Shown: positions 1-9,111 of the stretch, in pieces | How the letters are laid out: each line of letters begins with the position of its first letter | Position numbering within the stretch: position 1 is the stretch's first letter | Origin: a virus | IMG/VR virus record: IMGVR_UViG_3300037010_000365 | Coordinates: 17,962 to 81,961 of that record | Strand: one strand, 5' to 3' | Length of the DNA stretch: 64,000 nucleotides | Position numbers and translations under genes: made by a program | The notes under the pieces: model-generated | Database searches by the model: none | What the model saw: the letters and a program-made list of their open reading frames with translations, nothing else | Told to the model about the DNA's origin: nothing

Positions 1-462
1 TTTACACATTATGGTGGGTAAATTTACCTATTCAAATTGTTATTGATAATAACACTCAAGCTGAGGTATATAATGCCTATTATGCAGTATGACAATAAAC
101 AATCAATTAATTTCATTGAGTATCAATACAACTCTTCGCTAGAGATGAATCCTGAGTGGTCTGGTAGTATTGCTGGGTGCATAATGCTATTGGCTATAAA
201 ACACTAATGGAAAAATACGCTGAAAATGCGTTAAGATGGGCTAGTCGGTTTAATGACATTGATCATAATAAAAATGATGAGTTGATGAACTATGACTGTT
301 CTTATCCATTACGGTTAAAGTATAGAACTGCTAATGATTACTATTGGCAATGTTCAGCTTATAGCGCTTGGCCGACATGTCAAGAGATCACCCTAACGTT
401 GATTACATAACGATCTTAGGCATGTCACTTCCATTTGTTTTCTACCCAAATAGGTAATTTAA

Positions 463-1125
463 ATGTCAAAGCTTTTTGCTCCTAGAAATAGATATATTGA
501 CCAAATTGGTACCAGTGATGAACAAGATTTATACTTAAGTTTATCAGGTGAGATCATATCTACCTTTGGGTTTGATATGGTTTACTTCCCTAGAGACGTA
601 TTTCATACCGATGATTTACTAGGTAGAACTGATGCTCAGTTTGGTAGAAACGCTACTTTGGTAATGTTGATTGAAGATCCTGGTAATGATGCTGATATAT
701 CAGGTCAAGCGGAAATGTATAATAAGTTTGGTGTAAAGTACGAATACGATATTTCAGTGTCTGTAACTCAACAAGCGCTTTGGGAATGTTTTGGTGATGG
801 ATATACACCGACGAAGGGTGATGTGTTTCTAGTTAAGAATCCAGATGACGTAAACAAAAACCTTAATATTCCGTTCACAGTAATGGATGTCGATTATATA
901 AACTTAGAACAGTTCGGCGGTGTAAACGGTGTCTTTAAACTCTCAGCAAAACCTTATGAATCAACTAATGAAGAGTTTGTGACCAATGATCCTCAATTAC
1001 AAGAGCTGAAGAATTCATTCGATGCACAAGGCACATCAAGCTATAACGAATCTGATATTATTTCTGATTTAATGAAAGATATTAAGACGTTCAATCCAGA
1101 TAATCCGTTTGCAAAAAGTTTTTAA
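463..1125 (+). CDS. gp14: Neck / head completion protein, T4 gp14-like
   Basis: EQDLY..L.GE.I..FG.D.VYFPR and MYNKFGV motifs typical of gp14; lies directly before gp15. Confidence 0.85.
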   Translation: MSKLFAPRNRYIDQIGTSDEQDLYLSLSGEIISTFGFDMVYFPRDVFHTDDLLGRTDAQFGRNATLVMLIEDPGNDADISGQAEMYNKFGVKYEYDISVSVTQQALWECFGDGYTPTKGDVFLVKNPDDVNKNLNIPFTVMDVDYINLEQFGGVNGVFKLSAKPYESTNEEFVTNDPQLQELKNSFDAQGTSSYNESDIISDLMKDIKTFNPDNPFAKSF

Positions 1126-1136
1126 GGTAATAAATT

Positions 1137-1838
1137 ATGTTAGGTTTTGATTACTTCTATAATGAATCAATTAAGAATATGATTGTTACATTTGGATCGT
1201 TGTTTAATGAAGTATATATTTCAAGAGCAAGAAAAGATACTAATTCAGTGTTGATTAAAGTTCCGTTGCACTACGGTGATCAATCTAAAGTATATATGTA
1301 TAGTAAATCTGGTAACAACCCATTTAATTCAATTTGGCCTAGAATGGCGTTTGATTATGGTATCGGTGCAGTTGATGATCAACGTAAAACTAGCAGAACG
1401 ATTATACATAACTTTGGCAAATCGGTTAATAACACTGGTGAATGGTCGTCACGAAACTTCATTCCGTATGATTTTACATTCAATTTGTATATTGGTGCAA
1501 GTGATATCCAGGACGGATTGCAAATTGTTGAGCAAGTACTACCATTCTTTCAACCAGAATTAACTGTTAAGATCAGACCACTAAAAGATTTTCCAGATTT
1601 TATCGCAGATGTTCCTATTGAATTGCTAAGCGTTACTACTGATTATGAAGCTGACGGTGAAATTGAAGCCAGGGAATATTATAACTGGACTCTTAGTTTT
1701 AATCTAAAGGGGTTCCTATTTAGTCCAGTCATTAAGGATGCTTATAAAGTAATTGATGCTTATGACATTAACCTTAAAGACTTCAACTTACTACAACAGG
1801 ATGCTAAGGATATGGTTGCTAAGAGTGGTATAATTTAA
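1137..1838 (+). CDS. gp15: Tail sheath stabilizer / tail terminator, T4 gp15-like
   Basis: YFYNESIK..IVTFG.LFN, IKVPL.YG, WPRMAF, QIVEQVLPFFQP motifs. Confidence 0.92.
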   Translation: MLGFDYFYNESIKNMIVTFGSLFNEVYISRARKDTNSVLIKVPLHYGDQSKVYMYSKSGNNPFNSIWPRMAFDYGIGAVDDQRKTSRTIIHNFGKSVNNTGEWSSRNFIPYDFTFNLYIGASDIQDGLQIVEQVLPFFQPELTVKIRPLKDFPDFIADVPIELLSVTTDYEADGEIEAREYYNWTLSFNLKGFLFSPVIKDAYKVIDAYDINLKDFNLLQQDAKDMVAKSGII

Positions 1839-2221
1839 TGAATTTATTAATGTTTAGAATTCCGTTATGGATTGTTGGAGTTGTCTTTATAGCAATGTCG
1901 ACACAGATAGTATCTCTTACATACGATCTAAACAGAGCAGCAGATAAATTAGATAAAGTCAATGAGATGTACACAACAGCTAAGAATAATAATGAGGTGT
2001 TAGTTGCTTCAATATCTGATCAAAATACTGCTATTGATAAGCTTAAGCAGTTGAGTGCGCTGCAACAAAAAGAATTAGATGCGAGAGTGCTAGAAGCTAA
2101 TAGATTAATGGATCTTAATAACAAGGCCGTTAACACAATTAATAATGTCAAGGTCGATACGACAGGTGAAGGGAGTATTAAATGGCTATCAGAACAGTCG
2201 CGTTCATTATCTCAATGGTAA
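1838..2221 (+). CDS. Putative inner-membrane spanin (Rz-like)
   Basis: Single N-terminal TM helix followed by long coiled coil; overlaps a downstream lipoprotein gene. Confidence 0.7.
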   Translation: MNLLMFRIPLWIVGVVFIAMSTQIVSLTYDLNRAADKLDKVNEMYTTAKNNNEVLVASISDQNTAIDKLKQLSALQQKELDARVLEANRLMDLNNKAVNTINNVKVDTTGEGSIKWLSEQSRSLSQW

Positions 2222-2469
2222 TAGCATTGCTGCTTTTGTCTGGATGCACCACTCAGCGTGAACCAGTGATTCGGGGTGTTAGAGTTGATGTACCTATCGC
2301 TGTTGAATCTCCGAGTGTCCCTGACAGACCTCTACCAACATTGCCAATAAGTGATATAACAGATGGCTCACCGAATGATGTTGTTGTTAAAAAGTATGCA
2401 ACTAGCATTGTTATCTTAAAGAATGAGATAAATTGGTATAGGTCTGTGATCTACAAGGATAAGCATTAA
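2182..2469 (+). CDS. Putative outer-membrane spanin lipoprotein (Rz1-like)
   Basis: Signal peptide with lipobox LLSG|C, Pro-rich mature part, overlaps i-spanin candidate. Confidence 0.72.
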   Translation: MAIRTVAFIISMVIALLLLSGCTTQREPVIRGVRVDVPIAVESPSVPDRPLPTLPISDITDGSPNDVVVKKYATSIVILKNEINWYRSVIYKDKH

Positions 2470-2843
2470 TGTTTGGATCCTTACAACAACGGTTTAACGC
2501 AGAACCTATGGAATACACAATATTACCAAGCAAAACTAGCAATAAAGTTGCAGTATCAACTGAAGTAGTTGATACTTATATTGAAGATGAGCTTAAAGAT
2601 ACAGTAACACAGATTAATGATGCAGCGGATAAAATACTAAACTTGGCAAAGACAAGTGAGCAACCTAAAGCCTATGAGGTTTATGGTACGCTACTAAAGA
2701 CTAAAATTGACGCGTTAAAAGAACTAAATAATATCAGAAAAGGTACTGAAAAGCAGGTTGCTGGCGTTATTAATAATACGCAGATAAATGCGTCAGGTAC
2801 CAATATCAACGAAATATTAAAGGCGATGCGAACACAACAATGA
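2469..2843 (+). CDS. gp16: Terminase small subunit
   Basis: LAKTSEQPKAYEVYGTLLK motif; immediately before gp17. Confidence 0.85.
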   Translation: MFGSLQQRFNAEPMEYTILPSKTSNKVAVSTEVVDTYIEDELKDTVTQINDAADKILNLAKTSEQPKAYEVYGTLLKTKIDALKELNNIRKGTEKQVAGVINNTQINASGTNINEILKAMRTQQ

Positions 2844-3331
2844 GTAAAAAAGACATACCCTGGGGTAAATTTGATTTAGCATCAAAGCCAGATGATTCTG
2901 TGCTGAACATAGAACCTGATCAAGAAGGGTATTACCATGACGCTGCAGGTGAACGGTTTTCATTCAATGGAAATAGAACGCTTAGACCTGCTCATGTTAG
3001 AATGCACTTAAATGAATATCATATACAGGAAATCGCTAAGTGCGCAGAAGATATGAGATATTTCATTTTTAATTATTGTAAAGTACTAACAAGTCGCGGA
3101 TGGCGTACACCAGATCTCAGAGATTATCAAGAAACATACCTAAAAACAGCGCTAACAGATAATAGAATTGTGCTACTCCAAGGCCGGCAATCAGGTAAAT
3201 GCCAAAATTATAACACGATTATAAATATTCGTAATAAACACACCGGAGAAGTTGAAGCACTCTCTGTTGGTGAATTTCATGAACGAATAAGGAACAAAAA
3301 TAGTGATCAAACTAAAGAAGTCGATTGTTAA
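2840..3331 (+). CDS. gp17: Terminase large subunit, N-terminal fragment fused to a short N-intein
   Basis: EIAKC..D..YF..NYC, LRDYQ, Walker A GRQSGK, then Cys-starting intein segment and a stop. Confidence 0.92.
   Translation: MSKKDIPWGKFDLASKPDDSVLNIEPDQEGYYHDAAGERFSFNGNRTLRPAHVRMHLNEYHIQEIAKCAEDMRYFIFNYCKVLTSRGWRTPDLRDYQETYLKTALTDNRIVLLQGRQSGKCQNYNTIINIRNKHTGEVEALSVGEFHERIRNKNSDQTKEVDC
3200..3331 (+). mobile_element. Split intein N-part (43 aa, atypically short) in gp17
   Basis: GRQSGK|CQNYNTIINIRN...SVGEFHERI, intein block A only. Confidence 0.85.
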
Positions 3332-3452
3332 AACATTTAAAATAATATCAGCACCGATTAAACCGTATGATATTATTCCACAAGAAGTTGATTATATATC
3401 GCTATGGGTTTAATACTACAGATTGCGTTTGACATTAGTTCGAGTATAGTAA

Positions 3453-3812
3453 ATGAATTTATCTGATAACACTTACCGTAAATTCACTGAAGTATATGAT
3501 GTTAGTGATTATGAAGTCCTATCTCATAACGGTTGGGTAGATATAACACAATCAAATCAGACTGTAGAGTATGAGGTGTACTTATTAGAATTAGAAAATG
3601 GTTTATCTCTAGAATGTGCTGATACCCATATTTTGATGACTAATGATCTAACCGAAGTATATGCAAAAGACAGTTTGGGTTCGTTGATATACACTAAATC
3701 AGGTCCGTCTAAGGTAATATCGGTTAGCAACCTAGGCTACTCTGAGCGTATGTATGACCTATCTGTAGGTGGTGATCATACGTATTTCACAAATGATATA
3801 TTGTCACATAAT
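3453..3812 (+). mobile_element. Split intein C-part (120 aa) in gp17
   Basis: Block B LECADTH, block F MYDLSV, terminal ILSHN followed by Thr+1. Confidence 0.88.
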
Positions 3813-5561
3813 ACAGTTGCGACTGCTCTTTATTTTGTTTGGGCTGCTACATTTCACAACGACGTTAAAATTGGTATCAGCTCAAACGTAGAGAAAGGTG
3901 CTATTGAAGTACTTGATAAAGTTAAAAAGATCTACGGATCTTTACCTATTTGGTTGCAACAAGGCGTTGAAAAGTGGAACGTAAAGACCGTCATTTTAGA
4001 AAATAAATCCAGTATTATCACATCAGCTACTAACGGAGATGCGTTTCGTGGATTCTCGTTTGTAGGCGGTGAAGGATATTCTACATTATATGTAGATGAG
4101 TGTGTTGAATATAATACTAAGATTAAAATTCTATCAAGTACTACAAAAATATTCGAAGAAGTAAGTATCGGTGATTTATACCGAAGATTTAACACTGACA
4201 GTGTTGTGTATGTTTCTGATCTATCCGTGATGACGCAGACCGGCATGAGATCTTTTGATGGGATTAAGCGAACTGTTAGATCTGACGGGATTAAGATTAA
4301 AACAGCTTCAGGTGAGTTGATCTGTACACCAGAACATTTACTGAAAATCGAGAATGGCTTCATTGAAGCTAAAGATTCATTCAATAAATTCATTGATAGC
4401 AGTTCGGGCCTTGAATTGGTGACTAGCATAGAGCCGTATAACGTTGAATCTGAATACTTCGACCTTATTAATGTTAAAGGCGGTCATACATACTTAACAA
4501 ATAATATTGTTTCACACAACTGTGCATTTGTTCATGACTGGCAAGCATTTTCAGACTCGGTATTACCTACCGTATCATCTGACCCTAATGCAAATATTAT
4601 TTTGACATCCACAGCAAATGGTATGAATCATTTTTATGAAATGGTTAAACTAGCAAGAGCTAAAATATCTGAATACACACTAATAGAAACGCCATGGAAT
4701 TGTCTACCAGAGAGAAACGAAGAATGGAAGCAGAAGATAATTGCAACTAACGGCATTCAATACTTTAATCAGAACTATGGTAATCAGTTTTTGGGTTCAT
4801 CATATACGCTTATTAACAGCGAAGGTCTTGAAAAACTTATTTCACGCACGCCAATCCAATCAAATGATAATCTTACAATTTATCAAAAACCAATAAAAGG
4901 TGCTAAGTATATCATATTAGGTGATCTTGCGTCTGGAGCTGGTGAAGATTTTTCAGTTTTACAAGTGATTAAACTGAGTAAGCGTAAATTTGAACAAGTT
5001 GCGATTTTTAGATCTAAAGATACTCCAGTTCTTAGTATGCCTTTGGTTATTCAAGAAATTGGTAAAAAATATAATGATGCGTTTGTGTTTATGGAAATCA
5101 ACTTCGGTGAAGAAGCTGCTAGCAGACTATATCACGACTTAGAGTATGAAAATCTTTTAACAATTGCGGTTCATAATGGAAAACAAAAGCTACAAGGCTT
5201 CCGCGGTAAGATGCAAACAGGTCTTCGGGTTGATGTTAAAATTAAGCAGACACAACTTAGCTCATTAAAAACGTTAATTGAATCAAATAAGCTTGTAATT
5301 AATGACAATACTACTATCTCTGAATTTTATTCATTCGTTCAGCATGGCATTTCATTCGCTGCAGAAGCAAATAAGCATGATGATTGTGTTATGGCGTTGG
5401 CACTATTAGGATGGCTAGTAACTCAGCCTGTATTTTCTGAAATTATTGATTATGATTACATTGCTGACTATGAGAGTGAAAAATCTGAAGAATTATCAGA
5501 TTTAATACCTGCCGCGTTTTTTGGGTATAACGACCCAGATGAATGGGAAGTTTTTGAATAG
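3453..5561 (+). CDS. gp17: Terminase large subunit, C-terminal fragment (C-intein + ATPase remainder with cis intein + nuclease domain)
   Basis: ILSHN|TVATA resumes Walker A; LPIWLQQG, FRG, YVDE, STANG.NHFY, DLASG.GEDFS, HDDCVMALA motifs. Confidence 0.93.
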   Translation: MNLSDNTYRKFTEVYDVSDYEVLSHNGWVDITQSNQTVEYEVYLLELENGLSLECADTHILMTNDLTEVYAKDSLGSLIYTKSGPSKVISVSNLGYSERMYDLSVGGDHTYFTNDILSHNTVATALYFVWAATFHNDVKIGISSNVEKGAIEVLDKVKKIYGSLPIWLQQGVEKWNVKTVILENKSSIITSATNGDAFRGFSFVGGEGYSTLYVDECVEYNTKIKILSSTTKIFEEVSIGDLYRRFNTDSVVYVSDLSVMTQTGMRSFDGIKRTVRSDGIKIKTASGELICTPEHLLKIENGFIEAKDSFNKFIDSSSGLELVTSIEPYNVESEYFDLINVKGGHTYLTNNIVSHNCAFVHDWQAFSDSVLPTVSSDPNANIILTSTANGMNHFYEMVKLARAKISEYTLIETPWNCLPERNEEWKQKIIATNGIQYFNQNYGNQFLGSSYTLINSEGLEKLISRTPIQSNDNLTIYQKPIKGAKYIILGDLASGAGEDFSVLQVIKLSKRKFEQVAIFRSKDTPVLSMPLVIQEIGKKYNDAFVFMEINFGEEAASRLYHDLEYENLLTIAVHNGKQKLQGFRGKMQTGLRVDVKIKQTQLSSLKTLIESNKLVINDNTTISEFYSFVQHGISFAAEANKHDDCVMALALLGWLVTQPVFSEIIDYDYIADYESEKSEELSDLIPAAFFGYNDPDEWEVFE
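4101..4520 (+). mobile_element. Contiguous mini-intein (140 aa, no endonuclease) at the gp17 Walker B
   Basis: YVDE|CVEYNT...ICTPEH...YFDL...IVSHN|CAF; removal restores YVDECAF. Confidence 0.92.
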
Positions 5562-5569
5562 TATAAATA
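5562..5569 (+). promoter_or_regulatory. T4-type late promoter TATAAATA (also at 7069, 9057, 9075, 11536, 12600, 27715, 30905, 31425)
   Basis: Exact gp55 consensus upstream of structural genes; gp55 is present in the window. Confidence 0.8.
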
Positions 5570-5594
5570 CATAATACGTTAAAGATGGTAGAAT

Positions 5595-7058
5595 ATGAAT
5601 CTTTTTAATTGGCTTGGTACAACCGAGAAAAAACAAAAAATAAAGGATAATGTAGCTCCTGCTGCGTCTCCTGTTATGCCAGATGATCCAAGCGTCCAGG
5701 TTATGTCTGGTTTTGGTATGTTTCATACTGGGTATAATTTTGGTACAAGCAGTGCACAAAATATTGAGAAATCCGTATTATACCGTCGCGAAATGGCTAA
5801 TCAACCAGAAGTTGAGTTTGCCATTGACGAAGTTGTGAATGAAATGGTTGATTTTTCATTAGAGATCCCGTTTGAAATAAACTTTGCTGAAGAATCACAA
5901 TTAAGCGCTGCAGTTAAAGATAAAATCGCTGAATCATTTAAGACAGTTAGTTCATTGTATAGCGCTAACCTTGGTGATGATATTCGCAGTTGGTATATCG
6001 ATGGTATAAGAGCATGGTTTATTCAGCTATCAAAAGATAGAAAAAATATAATTGCGCTTAAACCTATTGAACCATGGATGATTAAAAAGGTAACACCAAC
6101 CCGGATTGAACTAGTTGATGACGTTAATACTTATATTGAAGATGAACCTTACTACGCGTATTCCCAAGACGGTAATTTAGAAGGTTCAAAGATTGTTAAA
6201 CTTGTATACGATTCTGTATTATACATAGACTCAGGTAAGTATGATGCTAATAATAATGCGGTATCTTATCTAGATGCAGCTATCAAACCGTTAAACGATT
6301 TACTATCTCTTGAAAATGCAACAATCATTTACAGATTGACTCGTGCACCGGAAAAACGAGCATTCTATGTTGATACAGGTCAGTTACCTACCAATAAAGC
6401 TGAAGAATATGTAAATGCTTTGATGAAACGGTTTAAGACTAAGCTAGACTATGATTCTAAAACTGGCGCGGTTAAAACATCGAACCAGAATACTATTTCA
6501 GCAACAGTTGACTATTGGTTGCCTCGTCGTGAAGGCTCAACCAGTACAGAAATTAACCAGATCTCTGAGACAAGTAATGCGATCTCTAATATTTCAGAGG
6601 ATATTAACTACTTTAAACGTAAAGCGTTTAGAGCATTAAAAATCCCTGAATCACGTGTTGGTGATAACCCTACGTTTAACTTAGGTCAGAGTGGTACCAT
6701 CACAAGAGAAGAAGTTAAGTTTAGTCAGTTTATTGATAGACTACATAACATATATGTAAGCCCTTTATTTCAATTAATTAAAGTTGATTTAATGATTAAA
6801 GGTATTATGTCTGCTCAAGAATTTGATGATATTGCTGATGATATTAAAATCAAATTAATAAATAATGATTATTTTGCTGAGACAAAACGTATTGAGTTAT
6901 TAACGGAGAAAATTGCGGTAATAGATGCAATTTCGCCTCACATAGGTAAATACTTTACATCTGAATTTGTATTCAAGGATATTTTAGGATTATCTGATGA
7001 AAAAATTGAACAGATTAAAGCGAAGATAGATAAAGAGCCTAAGGTTCAAGAAGAGTAA
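5595..7058 (+). CDS. gp20: Portal vertex protein
   Basis: PEVEFAIDEVVNE, WYIDG, IYRLTRAPEKRAFYVDTG, DYWLPRREG, ITREEVKF motifs. Confidence 0.97.
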   Translation: MNLFNWLGTTEKKQKIKDNVAPAASPVMPDDPSVQVMSGFGMFHTGYNFGTSSAQNIEKSVLYRREMANQPEVEFAIDEVVNEMVDFSLEIPFEINFAEESQLSAAVKDKIAESFKTVSSLYSANLGDDIRSWYIDGIRAWFIQLSKDRKNIIALKPIEPWMIKKVTPTRIELVDDVNTYIEDEPYYAYSQDGNLEGSKIVKLVYDSVLYIDSGKYDANNNAVSYLDAAIKPLNDLLSLENATIIYRLTRAPEKRAFYVDTGQLPTNKAEEYVNALMKRFKTKLDYDSKTGAVKTSNQNTISATVDYWLPRREGSTSTEINQISETSNAISNISEDINYFKRKAFRALKIPESRVGDNPTFNLGQSGTITREEVKFSQFIDRLHNIYVSPLFQLIKVDLMIKGIMSAQEFDDIADDIKIKLINNDYFAETKRIELLTEKIAVIDAISPHIGKYFTSEFVFKDILGLSDEKIEQIKAKIDKEPKVQEE

Positions 7059-7122
7059 ATTGTGTTTTTATAAATACATAAATAGAATTGTGAACATTTA
7101 AAAAATAAATTGGAGACTTATA

Positions 7123-7308
7123 ATGAGTTTAAAAGACGAAATGTTGAAAGAGCTTAGCGGTAAACTTGAAGCAATTGCAGAATCATTTTCAGCTTATGTT
7201 GAATATGTATTGAACGAAAAGAAAGTAGAGCTTGATGATGAAAAAACGGTTGGTGATGATCCTGAAGAGGACGACGTCAAGAAAGAAGATAAAGAAGATA
7301 CTAAATAA
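7123..7308 (+). CDS. Small acidic prohead core protein (gp67-like)
   Basis: Acidic 61-aa ORF in the gp67 position, with late promoter and GGAG RBS. Confidence 0.55.
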   Translation: MSLKDEMLKELSGKLEAIAESFSAYVEYVLNEKKVELDDEKTVGDDPEEDDVKKEDKEDTK

Positions 7309-7327
7309 GTATTAATGGAGCCTTCTA

Positions 7328-7564
7328 ATGAAGAGAGTAATACGTTTTAAAGCATCGGGGCAACGCGTTATTAAACGTAAATGTGCACCAGGACAAATCG
7401 TTAGAAATGGGTCGTGTACTGTTCAAACAGCTAGTGATGCGTTAAGGCGTAAGCGTTCAGCTAAGAAAATGGTTAAGACCAAAAATAGACAGCAAGCAAA
7501 AACATCTTTAGGTATCCGTGCCATGAAACGCGCGGTTGCTAAAAGACATGCAGCAGGTTACTAG
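7328..7564 (+). CDS. Basic prohead core protein (gp68-like)
   Basis: K/R-rich (RRKRSAKK..KTK, MKRA..KR) ORF directly before gp21. Confidence 0.6.
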   Translation: MKRVIRFKASGQRVIKRKCAPGQIVRNGSCTVQTASDALRRKRSAKKMVKTKNRQQAKTSLGIRAMKRAVAKRHAAGY

Positions 7565-7573
7565 GAAATAATT

Positions 7574-8131
7574 ATGATTTTAATTGAACACCTACCTAAA
7601 ACTGAAACGCTAACAGAGCAAACAGCTGAAGGTAAAAATCTTTACATTGAAGGTATCTTTCTTCAAGCTGAAGTTAAGAATCGAAATGGTCGTGTTTACC
7701 CTAAAGGTATTCTTGAATCAGCATTAGATACTTATCAGAGAAACTTTATCAATGAGTGTCAAGCTATTGGTGAATTAAATCACCCGGAGAATAGAGCTCA
7801 ACCAGATCCGGCTGAAGCATGTATTATCATTGAATCACTGTCTTGGCATGGTAATGATATTATTGGTAAAGCAAAAGTATTAAATACGCCAAAAGGCTTA
7901 GTCGTTAAAGGTTTGCTTGAAGGCGGATGGCGTGCTGGTGTATCTTCTCGTGCAACAGGTTCAGTTAAGTTGAGAGAGGGTACTAACTTTGTTCAGCCTG
8001 ATCTTATGCTTTATGCTGTTGACGTGGTTAATAATCCAAGTGCGCCTGATGCATATGTTAAGTCGTTATATGAACAAAATCAGAATGTAACTAAATGCAT
8101 TCTAGAATATATTAAATCATTAAAACTCTAA
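7574..8131 (+). CDS. gp21: Prohead protease
   Basis: LYIEGIFLQAEVKNRNGRVYP, GELNHP, GVSSRATGS, DVV.NPSAPDAYV. Confidence 0.97.
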   Translation: MILIEHLPKTETLTEQTAEGKNLYIEGIFLQAEVKNRNGRVYPKGILESALDTYQRNFINECQAIGELNHPENRAQPDPAEACIIIESLSWHGNDIIGKAKVLNTPKGLVVKGLLEGGWRAGVSSRATGSVKLREGTNFVQPDLMLYAVDVVNNPSAPDAYVKSLYEQNQNVTKCILEYIKSLKL

Positions 8132-8143
8132 AGGAGAGCTACT

Positions 8144-9046
8144 TTGAATTTATTAGTAGAAAAGCTTAAAGAGTTTGGTGTTGCTGAAACTGATGTTGCT
8201 TTAGTTGAGGCTGCGTTTAAAGCGCAGGTTGATGAAGCAGCTGAAACTCGTGCACAAGAGTTGCTTGAGACAGAACGCCAAACAATGAAAGAGGGAGTTG
8301 ATTCTGTTGTTTCAGAATTTGCTGCTAAATATGAAACGTTAAAAGAATCTATTGATACTCAGATTGATGCTAAGCTTAGCGCTTTAGTTAAAACTGAACG
8401 TGAAGTTACTGTAAACGCTATCGATGCATTTGTCGAAGATCACACAGCAAAGCTTAGCGAATATGCTGCTACCGTTGTTGAATCAGTGGAAGCTAAGTAC
8501 AAAGAAGCATTTGAATCAGAAGCAGCTGCAATCATCGAAAGCTTTACTGAAAAGCTTGATTCTTACTCTGGTTATGTTACTGAATCAATTAAGACTAAAG
8601 CTCAGTCACAGTCAGATTTGAAGGTTGCAATGGCTGAAGAATTGCTTGAATCAATTCGCAGCATTTATGCAGAATACAATGTAACTATGCCTGAATCAGT
8701 TGACTTTACTGCTCAGTTTGAAGATCACTTGAAAGAATCTGAAAAACTTGAAACAGAAAATAAGCGATTGAAAGCTAAATTAACTGAAAAGTCTAAAGCT
8801 GAAGTTATTACTCAAGTTACTGAAGGCATGACGTTAATACAGAAAGAAGATTTTACTTCTTTAACTGAATCAGTTCTTTTTGTATCTGAAGAATTGTACA
8901 CAAAACGTTTACATGAAATGAAGGATCGCTTCTTATCAGGTAAGCAAACAGCGCAAGAAGTCTCAAAACCAGCCGCAACTGCTATTGTAACTGAAGGCAC
9001 TACTGTTCCAAAAGTTGATGTATCGAAGTACCTCGGTCGTCGTTAA
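8144..9046 (+). CDS. gp22: Prohead scaffolding/core protein
   Basis: Acidic coiled coil between gp21 and gp23; TTG start with AGGAG RBS. Confidence 0.85.
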   Translation: MNLLVEKLKEFGVAETDVALVEAAFKAQVDEAAETRAQELLETERQTMKEGVDSVVSEFAAKYETLKESIDTQIDAKLSALVKTEREVTVNAIDAFVEDHTAKLSEYAATVVESVEAKYKEAFESEAAAIIESFTEKLDSYSGYVTESIKTKAQSQSDLKVAMAEELLESIRSIYAEYNVTMPESVDFTAQFEDHLKESEKLETENKRLKAKLTEKSKAEVITQVTEGMTLIQKEDFTSLTESVLFVSEELYTKRLHEMKDRFLSGKQTAQEVSKPAATAIVTEGTTVPKVDVSKYLGRR

Positions 9047-9111
9047 TTTTAAAAACTATAAATACATTTGAAACTATAAATATAGATGTATTATTAAGGA
9101 GATTACAATAA

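Noticed and set aside
1-410. gp13 expected upstream of gp14; 77-aa ORF at 177-410
   Set aside because: Only short broken frames with no recognisable gp13 motif; left uncalled
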